DNA of 64,000 nucleotides from Candidatus Uhrbacteria bacterium (GCA_016206155.1 JACQSC010000004.1:217910-281909); one strand, 5' to 3'; positions 26,616 through 36,900 are shown, numbered from the stretch's first letter. Notes: generated by a model not told the origin, from the letters alone. Program-made: numbers and translations.

Positions 26616-28375
26616 GGCTCCCTAGGAATGAAAATAATCATTTCATCGTCGCGATAGGCCTCGCTAAATTCTGGAATTCCCAGAATTTTTTCTTGCAGCC
26701 CTTCATTGAGGTGCGTGATAACGACTGCCGACGGGTTAAATGTTGCGACAAGCTTCTCGGTTTCTGCGCGTTCGGCTCGAGGCGTGCAAGCAAAAAAGAG
26801 TGATCGCGCATCATGCTTTGAGTCTAAAGACGACGAGGCGGCGGTGCACAGCCCTCGATATCCGAACGTTTCTGCAAGATCATTGCCTTGCGAAAACGCG
26901 GTGTACTTCTTTGCTCGCTCAGGATTTTTTTCATACAAGAAGCGGGGATCAAGGCCGGAAACATAGCCATACTCGGGGGCATGATAGTAGAACAGGGGAA
27001 AGTCATCCCATCGATTGTGGACAATGCGTCCGCCCGCCGGAATGGTATCTGCAAGCCAGCGCATGCCGTTAGCATACTGAGAAAAACGATAGCCGCTTTG
27101 AAAATCAGCGGTAACGGACGAGATGCTTGCGCCGATAATTACGGGCGCCGCAAAGAAAAAATAAAGCACGATCATGCCGCGCGCCGTTCGCGGAGAGCGA
27201 AGCGATTCTTTGATATATCCCCAGAGGTGCAGAAAAAGTTCTTTTGAAAAGAGCGGGGCAAGGACAAGGCTTGAGAACAATGTCGCAAGCGGCGCGAAAT
27301 ATTCGCCATAGCGCCGCGATTTAAGCGTGAGCGCAAAAAAGAGAACGGTCATGACGAACATGAACCACTGCGCATAGGTGCGGCGCAAAGGGGGGGTGCG
27401 GAAGACCGCCACAAAGAGCCCGGGAAACAAGAAGGCGCAAAGGGAGAATACAAGCAGCATGAGTGTCGGCCCATGAAGCGGAATGAACGAGACGCCGGCA
27501 GAATACCATTCACTTCCGACCGGAACGTCGGTTAAGATGTTTACAATTGCGATCTTGAATGTTTGGATCCAGTAAAAGAAGACGTTGGTTGGAAAATACG
27601 GATTGATGATAAGACCGGCAAGAGCGCCGGAGAGCGATGCAAGAGGAAGTGCTACGTTTTTTTGTGAGAAAAGACGCGCAACGATATTGCAACTTGCAAC
27701 TTTTAATTTGCAACTTTCAGTCGGAGAGCCCTTAAAGTTTAAAGTAGAAAGTTGAAATTTTTTTGTATCAATTGATATGCGAAAATCAGAGAAGGCGCGC
27801 ACGATCCAGGCGATGGTCGCTGACAACGGGAGTAATGGCCATCCGGCGTAGAGCCAGACATAGAGGAATGAAAGGCCAAAAAGATGAGCCGGGCGATTTT
27901 TTAGGATTGCATAGATGCCTGCAAAAAAAACGATGAGCGAGACAGCGGGGATTTTTGCAAGGTTTATGCGGAAAAGAAACACGCTGTTAAGCGCCAAGAG
28001 CACAAGAAAAAAAAGAGCGCAGGAGCGCGACTGATGGGTGGCGCGGCGCAAGAGCCAGTAAAAGAATGCAAGAAACAGCGAGGCAAAAATAACCGTTGAA
28101 ATCTTGATGCCAATCAAGGGGTTGAAAAACGTAACAAAGGGAATAAGGAGAACGTGGTAGAGAAAATGATGATCAATAAAAACGTCGGACAGCGCTGTGT
28201 CGGGAAGGGCGGAAAAGGAAATAATCGGCCCGCGCACCATGTCTGCCGCGATGCGCGCATGATAAAATGAGTCTGGGTCTGGGAAGAATGGGTGTAGCTG
28301 GAGAAGAGAAAGTAACAGAATGCTGGCAAGAAATACCGGCACATACTCAAATTTTCGCAAAATATAAAGAATCAT
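26612..28375 (-). CDS. GT-C membrane glycosyltransferase, STT3/AglB/PglB-like oligosaccharyltransferase candidate
   Basis: DPDSFYH in loop 1, many TMs, SEW, RRYGEY, then WLADTIP...VHNRWDDF where STT3 has the WWDYG motif. Confidence 0.55.
   Translation of the reverse strand: MILYILRKFEYVPVFLASILLLSLLQLHPFFPDPDSFYHARIAADMVRGPIISFSALPDTALSDVFIDHHFLYHVLLIPFVTFFNPLIGIKISTVIFASLFLAFFYWLLRRATHQSRSCALFFLVLLALNSVFLFRINLAKIPAVSLIVFFAGIYAILKNRPAHLFGLSFLYVWLYAGWPLLPLSATIAWIVRAFSDFRISIDTKKFQLSTLNFKGSPTESCKLKVASCNIVARLFSQKNVALPLASLSGALAGLIINPYFPTNVFFYWIQTFKIAIVNILTDVPVGSEWYSAGVSFIPLHGPTLMLLVFSLCAFLFPGLFVAVFRTPPLRRTYAQWFMFVMTVLFFALTLKSRRYGEYFAPLATLFSSLVLAPLFSKELFLHLWGYIKESLRSPRTARGMIVLYFFFAAPVIIGASISSVTADFQSGYRFSQYANGMRWLADTIPAGGRIVHNRWDDFPLFYYHAPEYGYVSGLDPRFLYEKNPERAKKYTAFSQGNDLAETFGYRGLCTAASSSLDSKHDARSLFFACTPRAERAETEKLVATFNPSAVVITHLNEGLQEKILGIPEFSEAYRDDEMIIFIPREP
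26760..26875. mobile_element. 108-bp in-frame palindromic insertion with 8-bp direct repeat
   Basis: gtttctgc at 26760-26767 and 26868-26875; imperfect IR cgttcgg.tcgagg..gtgca / tgcac..cctcga...ccgaacg; the protein shows AET...AET 36 aa apart. Confidence 0.65.
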
Positions 28376-28429
28376 ATGATGGAATCATACGATTCTTTTG
28401 TTCATTGAGCAAATGTCCTGTCGTTCTGG

Positions 28430-28548
28430 GGGCGTACGGAGTTTGATGCAATTCAAGGCGTCGCCGAGAAACGCAGTAAGGCGTACACAGCAGTACGGTG
28501 TCGAGTATCGCAGGCGACAACGCAGAAGTGCGCTAACTCCGTACGCCC
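28430..28548. repeat. Palindromic mini-element family B (RPE-like), copy 1
   Basis: 14-bp IR gggcgtacggagtt/aactccgtacgccc; internal agtaaggcgtac-N6-gtacggtgtcgagta shared with the reverse complement of 30149-30269. Confidence 0.8.
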
Positions 28549-28551
28549 TCG

Positions 28552-29322
28552 CTACTCCGCGAAGGGGCTCAGTTCGGAGTACAGCATATGCTGCGCTGAA
28601 ACGGTCTCTATTTTTTCCGGATCGTCACCACTGCTGACAAAGACAAACATGCCCTCTTTCATCTGATCGAGAGATCCCGGTTCGGGTGCGAAGAGCGGTG
28701 CGGTAAGATTGTCCTTTTCCCGCGGGTTTTGATAAGTATATTCGGTGTCAGCGCTCACGCGGACAACAAAGGCCTTGGCCTGTCTTGGCTTTTCTTCACC
28801 TCTCTCGAGGGGAAGAGGAGGTAGGAGCTCTTGCACGATGACGACGTCTTTCTCTTTGGAAAGAATTGTTCCGTAGAACCCAAACTCTTCTTGTTCGGGA
28901 ATGCTATCATTTTGCGCCACAGTTGAAGGAAGCGTAGGCGTGGCTGGGTTATTCCCTGATAGCGGCGCCGCATAAGAGTATTGCGAGGATTGAAACTTGG
29001 CAACGATAGGAGGAAGAATCACAAAGCCCAAGAGCAGCCCAAGTGTAATGGTACCCGCAAGACACACAACACCTCCGTAGAGAAAGCACTCAGTTGATGT
29101 TATTGCCCGCTGTTTTGCCTGCACACGAATGTGGGGGGCGGACGGTGCGGATTTGGGAGGCGCCGCAGGAGGCATGACATCTGAGACTGTGGTGGAAGGA
29201 GTTTTTTTCTTTCGCGCAAGTGGCGCGCGTCGAGGCGCCCGCTTTTTCTTTGGACGTTCTTTTGTTGGTTCTGCGGTAACGGACGGCGCGGATTGCGTCG
29301 GAGTTGTTTTGCGACGAGGCAT
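28552..29322 (-). CDS. Hypothetical bitopic membrane protein (basic/Pro-rich N-terminus, TM, small beta-rich C-terminal domain)
   Basis: 256-aa ORF filling the gap; single TM LYGGVVCLAGTITLGLLLGFVIL. Confidence 0.7.
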   Translation of the reverse strand: MPRRKTTPTQSAPSVTAEPTKERPKKKRAPRRAPLARKKKTPSTTVSDVMPPAAPPKSAPSAPHIRVQAKQRAITSTECFLYGGVVCLAGTITLGLLLGFVILPPIVAKFQSSQYSYAAPLSGNNPATPTLPSTVAQNDSIPEQEEFGFYGTILSKEKDVVIVQELLPPLPLERGEEKPRQAKAFVVRVSADTEYTYQNPREKDNLTAPLFAPEPGSLDQMKEGMFVFVSSGDDPEKIETVSAQHMLYSELSPFAE

Positions 29323-29443
29323 AAAATAATTTACGATTTTAGATTTGCAATTTAAGAATTATAGCACATTATCTTTATATTATCACGTGCGGGTGTGCAT
29401 AACCTTTACAGCGCGCGCAGAGCGTGTACTATATTGGGGTATG

Positions 29444-29579
29444 CCCCGCACTTAAGAACGATTGTTGCTCATTAATTCATCCATACGTTTATGATGCACG
29501 CCGCTATTATTATTGATCAAGCGATTTTCTCCGTGTATACACGACGCAACACGAGGATGAATCGTTCTTAAGTGCGGGG
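29444..29579. mobile_element. MITE-like element with 20-bp perfect IR and tatg target duplication at the ruvA start codon
   Basis: ccccgcacttaagaacgatt (29444-29463) / aatcgttcttaagtgcgggg (29560-29579), flanked by tatg at 29440-29443 and 29580-29583. Confidence 0.75.
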
Positions 29580-29580
29580 T

Positions 29581-30147
29581 ATGATTGGCTATCTTCAAGG
29601 AACTATTATTTTCAAGGAAGACTCATTGATCATTCTTCTCGTTGGCGGTGTTGGGTATCGTGTATTTCTTCTTGAAAGAAAAATAAACGCACACGCAGTC
29701 CACAGTGAGTGTTCTCTATTTATCTTCCCGTATGTTCGCGAGGGTAATGTGGAGCTTTATGGATTTGACCACCATGATGACCTTCACGTATTCGAGCGCC
29801 TTATCTCAGTTTCGGGAGTGGGTCCCAAGTCGGCGTTTGCAATTTTGCGCCTAGCGTCATCAGATGATATTTGCATTGCCATTCAGCGCGGAGACGCCGA
29901 TCTTCTTAAAAAGGTTTCCGGCGTCGGGAACAAAACCGCACAGCGCATTATCATTGAATTGAAGAATGTATTTGACCGTACACGCGAGGAGGTGGGGAGT
30001 GTCGGAATGGATTCCCAAGACCTTGTTGATGCATTGGTGCGCCTTGGCTATTCACGCGTCGCTGCGCGAGAAGCGCTCTCTCATGTTCCAGCAACTGTCG
30101 AAACACCGTCAGAGCGCATACGCCACGCCTTGAAATATATTCAATGA
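29581..30147 (+). CDS. ruvA: Holliday junction branch migration protein RuvA
   Basis: MIGYLQG, VGGVGYRV, LYGF, LISVSGVGPKSA, VSGVGNKTAQRIIIELK, ALVRLGY. Confidence 0.95.
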   Translation: MIGYLQGTIIFKEDSLIILLVGGVGYRVFLLERKINAHAVHSECSLFIFPYVREGNVELYGFDHHDDLHVFERLISVSGVGPKSAFAILRLASSDDICIAIQRGDADLLKKVSGVGNKTAQRIIIELKNVFDRTREEVGSVGMDSQDLVDALVRLGYSRVAAREALSHVPATVETPSERIRHALKYIQ

Positions 30148-30148
30148 T

Positions 30149-30269
30149 ACGACTTACGCAGTTGGCACATTTCTTTGTTGCCGCCTCCGGTACTCGACAC
30201 CGTACCACAGAGTACGCCTTACTCCGTTCCTCGGCGGCGCCTAGAACTGCACTCAACTGCGTAAGTCGT
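30149..30269. repeat. Palindromic mini-element family B (RPE-like), copy 2
   Basis: 16-bp IR acgacttacgcagttg/caactgcgtaagtcgt right after the ruvA stop; homologous to the reverse complement of 28430-28548. Confidence 0.8.
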
Positions 30270-30313
30270 GTTAATGAATCAATTTTGTATTCAGTAGCGC
30301 ACACCAACAATAC

Positions 30314-30385
30314 GCCCCCGTAGTTTAATGGATAAGACGCAGGCCTCCGAAGCCTGAAATAGAGGTTCGATTCCTCTCGGGGGCA
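30314..30385 (+). tRNA. tRNA-Arg(CCG), CCA not encoded
   Basis: Acceptor gcccccg/cgggggc, anticodon arm caggc-ctCCGaa-gcctg, T arm ggttcgattcc. Confidence 0.93.
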
Positions 30386-30590
30386 AAAAGGAAAATACGG
30401 GAAAAGGGGATGAGTGGTGCGCATGCAGATAGTGGAGGAATATGTGGATAACCTGTGGGCAGTTTGTGATTTCTGTTGATACAATAAATGACTCAAAAGT
30501 TATTTTTTTGAGAACGATAGAGAAAAAACACCGATTTTCCTTATATTTGTAAGCATTTTCAATAATATGCGTAAATTCCGCCCAATGCTC

Positions 30591-30619
30591 TTGACAGGGG
30601 GTTGGTTTTGTGATATTTT
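30591..30619 (+). promoter_or_regulatory. Putative rpoBC promoter
   Basis: ttgaca 30591-30596, 17-nt spacer, TG-extended tatttt 30614-30619. Confidence 0.5.
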
Positions 30620-30752
30620 TACAAAGCTTTTTTGAAAATCACGAACCCGTGCTTGTTTTTTTGATTTACTCTCTCCTCAAAAATTCATGTATTCTTTCAA
30701 GTAATTGAACAAAAATACTCACCGCCCATCACTCGCTGGTGAATTTTTTTTT

Positions 30753-33700
30753 ATGCCACGCAAGAGTACGCGCAGCTATTTTACAACAAAGCACGAAGTT
30801 GTCCCCCTTCCCCATCTTATCGAGGTACAGATGGATTCTTTTCGCTGGTTTCTTGATACGGGGTTGCGCGATCTCCTAGACTGGGTTTCACCCATTCGGG
30901 ATTTTACCGGAAGAGATCTCGAGCTTTCATTCGTCGATTATTATTTTGACGAGTCGAAGTTCGACCAACAGACCAGCCTTGCAAAAAATCTTACTTATGA
31001 ATCTGCCCTGTGGGTAAAGTCTCGTCTTGTCAATCGACGGACAAATGAGTCAAAAGATCAAGATATTTATCTTGGAGACTTTCCGATTATGACCGATCGG
31101 GGAACCTTCATTATTAACGGCGTCGAACGCGTTGTTGTTTCTCAGCTTATCCGGTCTGCGGGTGTGTTTTTTTCCTCAGAGCCCGCGAAGGGGTCGCAGC
31201 GGCGGCTATATGGGGCTAAGCTTATCCCGAATCAGGGCGCGTGGCTGGAGTTCGAGACCGATGAAAATGATATTATCTCTGTCAAGATTGATCGCAAGCG
31301 AAAGGTGCCAGTCACAACATTTTTGCGCGCGTTGGGATTGTTTGATACCGAGGAGATAGAAAAGCGATTTACAGACATTGATACGGATCCCGATCATCGC
31401 TACCTTGAAGCAACGCTTGCCAAGGATCAGACCGACGACGAAGTGGCCGCCCTTATCGAGGTGCACAAGCGCATTCGCCCAGGTGATCTTGCAACGCCGG
31501 ATAATGCGCGACAGCTGATTCATGACATGTTTTATCGCTTCGATCGCTATGATTTGGGACGCGTTGGGCGCCACAAAATGAATCAGCGGTTTGGGCTTGA
31601 TTTTTCCCCAAAGGAAAAAGAAGATCGGATTCTTAAAATCGACGACGTTGTTGCGATTGTCCGTGAAATCATTTCCTATAACATTTCTCAGGCCGATGCC
31701 GATGATATCGACCACTTGGGCAACCGACGCATTCGGGGCGTTGGTGAACTGATTCAGAACCGTTTTCGCGTCGGCCTTGACCGCATGCGCCGCATTATTC
31801 GCGATCGCATGAGTACGCTTGATGTTGGCAGTCTGTCGCCGACAAAATTGATCAACGCGCGGCCGGTCATTATTGCGGTGAAGGAATTCTTTATGTCTTC
31901 CCAACTCTCGCAGTTCATGGATCAGACCAATCCGCTGTCTGAACTTGAGCACAAGCGCCGCATCTCCGCACTGGGTCCCGGCGGTCTTTCTCGGGAGCGC
32001 GCAGGGTTTGAGGTGCGCGACGTGCATCCAACGCACTATGGGCGCATCTGTCCCATTGCAACGCCGGAAGGTCCTAACATCGGTTTGGTCGGACACCTCT
32101 CTTCACACGCCCGCCTCAATGAATTTGGATTTATTGAAACGCCGTTTCGAAAGGTTGTATTAGAGAAAGACGGGCGAAAACGAGCAACAAAAGATGTGGC
32201 CTATCTCGATGCATTTGCCGAAGAGAAACATATTACGACCTCGGCAACTGTGCCTCTTGACGAGAAGGGATATTTTACGACCGACAAGGTCGAGGCGCGA
32301 AAATACGGACAGCCAGCGCTGGCGTCAATTGATGAGGTTGAATATATGGATGTTGCGCCCAATCAGATCGTGAGCGTTTCAACATCTCTCATTCCGTTTT
32401 TGGAACACGATGATGCCGCCCGCGCGCTTATGGGATCGAATATGCAGCGCCAGGCGGTTCCGCTAATTCGTCCGCAAGCGCCGGTTGTGGGAACGGGTAT
32501 CGAAGCGCGCGCGGCATATGACTCCGGGCGCATGCTTATTTCAAAACATCAGGGAACGGTCGTCGGTATTGAAGCGGACCAAATTACCATCCAGACCGCG
32601 GAGGGAGACGTTGTTGATTATCCGCTTGAAAAATTTTTGCGGTCAAACGCATCAACATGCATCAATCAAAAACCGCTTGTCGCAAAGGGCGACGTGGTCG
32701 CTGTTGGCGATTCGCTTGCCGACGGTCCTGCCATTGAAAAGAGCGAATTGGCGCTCGGGCAAAACGTGCTCGTTGCGTTTATGTCGTGGGAGCTTGGCAA
32801 CTACGAAGATGCCATACTTATCTCCGAACGACTTGTCCACGACGACCGATTCACCTCCATTCATATTGAGAATTATCCCATTTCAGTCCGTGACACCAAA
32901 CTGGGACCCGAGGTGATTACCCGCGACATACCAAATGTCAGCGAGGAAAAATTAAAGGATCTCGATGAAGACGGCATTGTGCGGATCGGCGCGGAGGTTT
33001 CTTCGGGCGATATTCTTGTTGGAAAGATTACGCCAAAAGGTGAGACCGAGCTTTCCCCGGAAGAAAAGCTTCTCAGGGCGATTTTTGGAGAAAAGGCAAA
33101 GGACATTCGCGACTCTTCACTCTATCTCGAACACGGCGAACACGGGAAGGTCATCGATATAAAGATTTTTTCTCGCGAGAACGGCGACAAGCTGCCGGCG
33201 GGAGTTCTTAAAACCGTTCAGGTGACGGTTGCTCATCTACGCAAGATTCAGGTTGGTGACAAGATGGCCGGACGCCATGGAAACAAAGGTGTTATTTCCC
33301 GCGTCGTTCCTATCGAGGATATGCCAGTGATGGAGGACGGTCGTTCTATAGACATTATTCTCTCGCCGCTTGGCGTTATCTCTCGTATGAACCTGGGGCA
33401 GATTCTCGAGACTCATCTTGGCATGGCGGCGCGTTCGCTGAATATAACTGTTGCCTCGCCGGCGCTTGACGGTATTCCCGAAAGCGTACTCAAAGAGCAA
33501 CTCGCACGGGCCGGATGGACAACGGATGGCAAGCATCAATTGGTCGACGGCCGTACCGGCGAACAATTTAAAGAAAAGACCGTTGTCGGAGTCATGTACA
33601 TGATGAAATTGATTCATATGGTGGAGGACAAGATTCATCAGCGATCCATCGGACCCTACTCTCTGATTACCCAGCAGCCGTTGGGCGGTAAAGCGCAGAG

Positions 33701-33962
33701 CGGCGGGCAGCGTTTTGGAGAGATGGAAGTCTGGGCGCTCGAGGCATATGGCGCGGCGCATACCTTGCAGGAAATTTTGACGATTAAGTCCGACGATGTC
33801 ACCGGACGCTCAAAGGCGTACGAATCGATTATTAAAGGAGAGCCGATAAAGAAACTTAACGTCCCCGAGGCATTTAACGTTCTTGTGCGGGAGCTCAAAG
33901 GCCTCGGACTGGACGTTGAATTGAAGAAGTCCAAAGCGTCCGCTGAGCAGGACGACGAATAA
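30753..33962 (+). CDS. rpoB: DNA-directed RNA polymerase subunit beta
   Basis: GTFIINGVERVVVSQL, SQFMDQTNPLSEL, TPEGPNIGL, GDKMAGRHGNKG, GGQRFGEMEVWALEAYGA. Confidence 0.99.
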   Translation: MPRKSTRSYFTTKHEVVPLPHLIEVQMDSFRWFLDTGLRDLLDWVSPIRDFTGRDLELSFVDYYFDESKFDQQTSLAKNLTYESALWVKSRLVNRRTNESKDQDIYLGDFPIMTDRGTFIINGVERVVVSQLIRSAGVFFSSEPAKGSQRRLYGAKLIPNQGAWLEFETDENDIISVKIDRKRKVPVTTFLRALGLFDTEEIEKRFTDIDTDPDHRYLEATLAKDQTDDEVAALIEVHKRIRPGDLATPDNARQLIHDMFYRFDRYDLGRVGRHKMNQRFGLDFSPKEKEDRILKIDDVVAIVREIISYNISQADADDIDHLGNRRIRGVGELIQNRFRVGLDRMRRIIRDRMSTLDVGSLSPTKLINARPVIIAVKEFFMSSQLSQFMDQTNPLSELEHKRRISALGPGGLSRERAGFEVRDVHPTHYGRICPIATPEGPNIGLVGHLSSHARLNEFGFIETPFRKVVLEKDGRKRATKDVAYLDAFAEEKHITTSATVPLDEKGYFTTDKVEARKYGQPALASIDEVEYMDVAPNQIVSVSTSLIPFLEHDDAARALMGSNMQRQAVPLIRPQAPVVGTGIEARAAYDSGRMLISKHQGTVVGIEADQITIQTAEGDVVDYPLEKFLRSNASTCINQKPLVAKGDVVAVGDSLADGPAIEKSELALGQNVLVAFMSWELGNYEDAILISERLVHDDRFTSIHIENYPISVRDTKLGPEVITRDIPNVSEEKLKDLDEDGIVRIGAEVSSGDILVGKITPKGETELSPEEKLLRAIFGEKAKDIRDSSLYLEHGEHGKVIDIKIFSRENGDKLPAGVLKTVQVTVAHLRKIQVGDKMAGRHGNKGVISRVVPIEDMPVMEDGRSIDIILSPLGVISRMNLGQILETHLGMAARSLNITVASPALDGIPESVLKEQLARAGWTTDGKHQLVDGRTGEQFKEKTVVGVMYMMKLIHMVEDKIHQRSIGPYSLITQQPLGGKAQSGGQRFGEMEVWALEAYGAAHTLQEILTIKSDDVTGRSKAYESIIKGEPIKKLNVPEAFNVLVRELKGLGLDVELKKSKASAEQDDE

Positions 33963-33974
33963 TCAAACCAACCT

Positions 33975-36900
33975 ATGCCTCCACGCGAAGAACGAAAAGA
34001 CGCAATTCAATCCCTCGATTTTGACGCAATCCGCCTCAAGATCGCAAGCCCCGATGACGTCAAGCGATGGTCATACGGCGAGGTTACGCGCCCCGAAACC
34101 ATTAATTACCGAACCCAGCGTCCCGAGAAGGACGGGTTGTTTTCGGAGCGCATTTTTGGTCCGACAAAAGATTGGGAATGTTATTGCGGCAAGTACAAAA
34201 AGATTCGATACAAAGGAATTATCTGCGACAAGTGCGGCGTTGAGGTTACGCGATCGATTGTCCGCCGCGAACGCATGGGGCACATCGAGCTCGCCACACC
34301 CGTGTCGCACATTTGGTTTTATCGCAGCGTCCCCTCAAAGATCGGACTGATGCTCGATATGTCGGTTGCCGCGCTTCATAACGTCATCTATTTCGCGCAG
34401 TTTATTATTATGGATGTGAATGAGGAGTCTAAGAAGCAGACGATTGAGTCTGTGCGCGAAGAGTACAAGAGCACAAAGAAGAATTTTGAAAACGAGTGCA
34501 ACATGAAGATGAACGCCGTGCGAGCAAAGGAATCAAAGGCGGCGGCAAAGGAAGAGAAAGCCGCACTGGAAGGGGAAATGAATGCAATCGCGCGCCAGCG
34601 GGACAAAGAGCTTACACGCCTTGAGGAGAACCTCCACGCCGTTGAAGAAGAACTCAAAAGCATCAAGCCAATGGCATTCCTTTCCGAGAGTAGATACCGT
34701 GAATTGTCCCTGCCTTACGGACACTTGTTCGAGGCCGGTATCGGTGCGGAGGCCATTCGAAAACTTTTGGAGCGACTTGATCTTGACGCGCTTGAGCAAC
34801 AACTCAGCGAAGACGTTGAAAACGCCCAAGGACTGAAGAAGGAAAAGCTCGTACGTCGCGCAAAGCTTGTGAAGAGCTTTCGGGCAAACGGCATACGTCC
34901 GGAGTGGATGATTATGACCATGCTTCCCATCATCCCCCCGGATCTGCGCCCGATGGTTGCGCTTGACGGCGGACGGTTCGCAACATCCGACCTGAACGAT
35001 CTGTATCGCCGCGTTATCAATCGCAACAATCGCCTCAAACAGCTTATTGAGCTGAAGGCGCCAGAAGTGATTGCGCGAAACGAAAAGCGCATGTTACAGG
35101 AAGCGGTTGATGCGCTGATTGATAATTCTGCGCGCCAAGGAAAAACGGTCATGGCGGCGACCGGACAGAAGCGCACCCTTAAGAGCCTTGCCGATATGCT
35201 GAAAGGGAAGCGGGGCCGCTTCCGCCAAAACCTTTTGGGGAAACGTATCGACTATTCGGGACGCAGTGTTATTGTTGTCGGCCCCTCGCTCAAACTTCAT
35301 CAATGCGGACTTCCAAAATCAATGGCGCTCGACCTTTTTAAGCCATTTGTCATGAGTCGCTTGATTCAGGACGGGACCGTGTACAATGTTCGAAGCGCAA
35401 GCCGCTTTATCGAGAGTGGCCGCGACGAAGTGTGGGATATTTTGGAAGACATTGTCAAGGAAGCGTTCGTGCTTCTCAATCGTGCGCCAACACTCCACCG
35501 CCTTGGTATTCAGGCCTTTAAGCCCATTCTTATTGAGGGTAAGGCAATCCAGGTTCACCCTCTTGTGTGTCCTGCGTTCAACGCAGACTTTGACGGTGAC
35601 CAGATGGCGGTACACGTTCCTCTCTCCGATGAGGCGCGGCGTGAAGCTGCCGACATCATGCTCTCTTCGCATAATCTTTTGAAGCCGGCAAGCGGACACC
35701 CGATCGCAGTTCCACAGCAAGACATTGTATGGGGCGCTTTCTATATGACCTATATCCAGGATGGCGAGGACTCTATTCCTCCTCAGGAACAGATGAAAAA
35801 GTTTTGCCATGAGAACGAGGCGGTATCGGCATACCTGATGAAATTAATCACACTTCAGGAGCCGATTCTCGTACGGTTTGGCGAGACAACACGCGAACGC
35901 ATGAGCGATGCGGACAAAAAGGACACGCGTCGCACGACCACGGTCGGACGCATCTTGTTTAATAACATACTTTCGCCAGAGATGCCGTTTTACAACGCGC
36001 GCATTGATAAGAAAACCATGGGAGAACTCGTCGCAATATCGCTTGAGCGATGCGGTATTGAGCGGACGGCGGAGATGCTTGATAACATTAAGGAGGTGTG
36101 CGCAAAGTATCTGACTGAATCAGGGTTATCCTTCGGCATGGACGATATTCCCGTTCTTCCCCAAAAGAAAGAGCTTATCGCAGAGGCGGAGGCGCGCATC
36201 GACGAGGTTCAGAACCAGTATGACATGGGGCTTCTCACATTTCATGAGCGAAAAAACAAAGTCATTTCTCTGTGGACTGAAACGAGAGAAAAAATCGCGC
36301 GCCTTTCCAAGAATTCTCTTGACGTGCGCGGATCCGTTTACTCTATTATCGAATCCGGCGCTCGCGGAACGTGGGCACAGCTCAATCAGATCATCGGTAT
36401 GAAGGGGCTCTTAACGAACCCATTGGGAGAGATCATCGAGCTCGCCGTGAAAAGCAGTTTTAAGGAGGGTCTTGGGGTGCTCGAATATTTTATTTCAACG
36501 CACGGTGCGCGAAAGGGGCTGGTTGATACTGCGTTGCGCACCTCAAATGCGGGGTATCTTACGCGTCGGTTGGTTGATGTCGCTCAAGATGTGGTCGTGA
36601 ACGAGGCGGACTGCCAGGAGAAAGAAGGATATTGCGTCACTCGAGCCGAGTGTGAACAGAATGATGTCGACCTTACGGATCGTATTGTGGGCCGGTGCGC
36701 AGCGCAGGATATTAACGCCCTTGACGGCTCGTTGCTTGCGAAGCGGAATGAATTAATTACCAAGGAGCTTGCCAAGACAATAAAAGAATCGGGATGCACA
36801 GAGGTTGCGATTCGCTCCATCCTTACCTGCCGGACTGCGCGCGGCGTTTGCCAGAAATGTTACGGTCTCGATTTGGGAAAAAACAGCTTGGTGGTTGCAG

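Noticed and set aside
30386-30752. Replication origin
   Set aside because: There is only one perfect DnaA box and no dnaA/dnaN nearby; support is insufficient.
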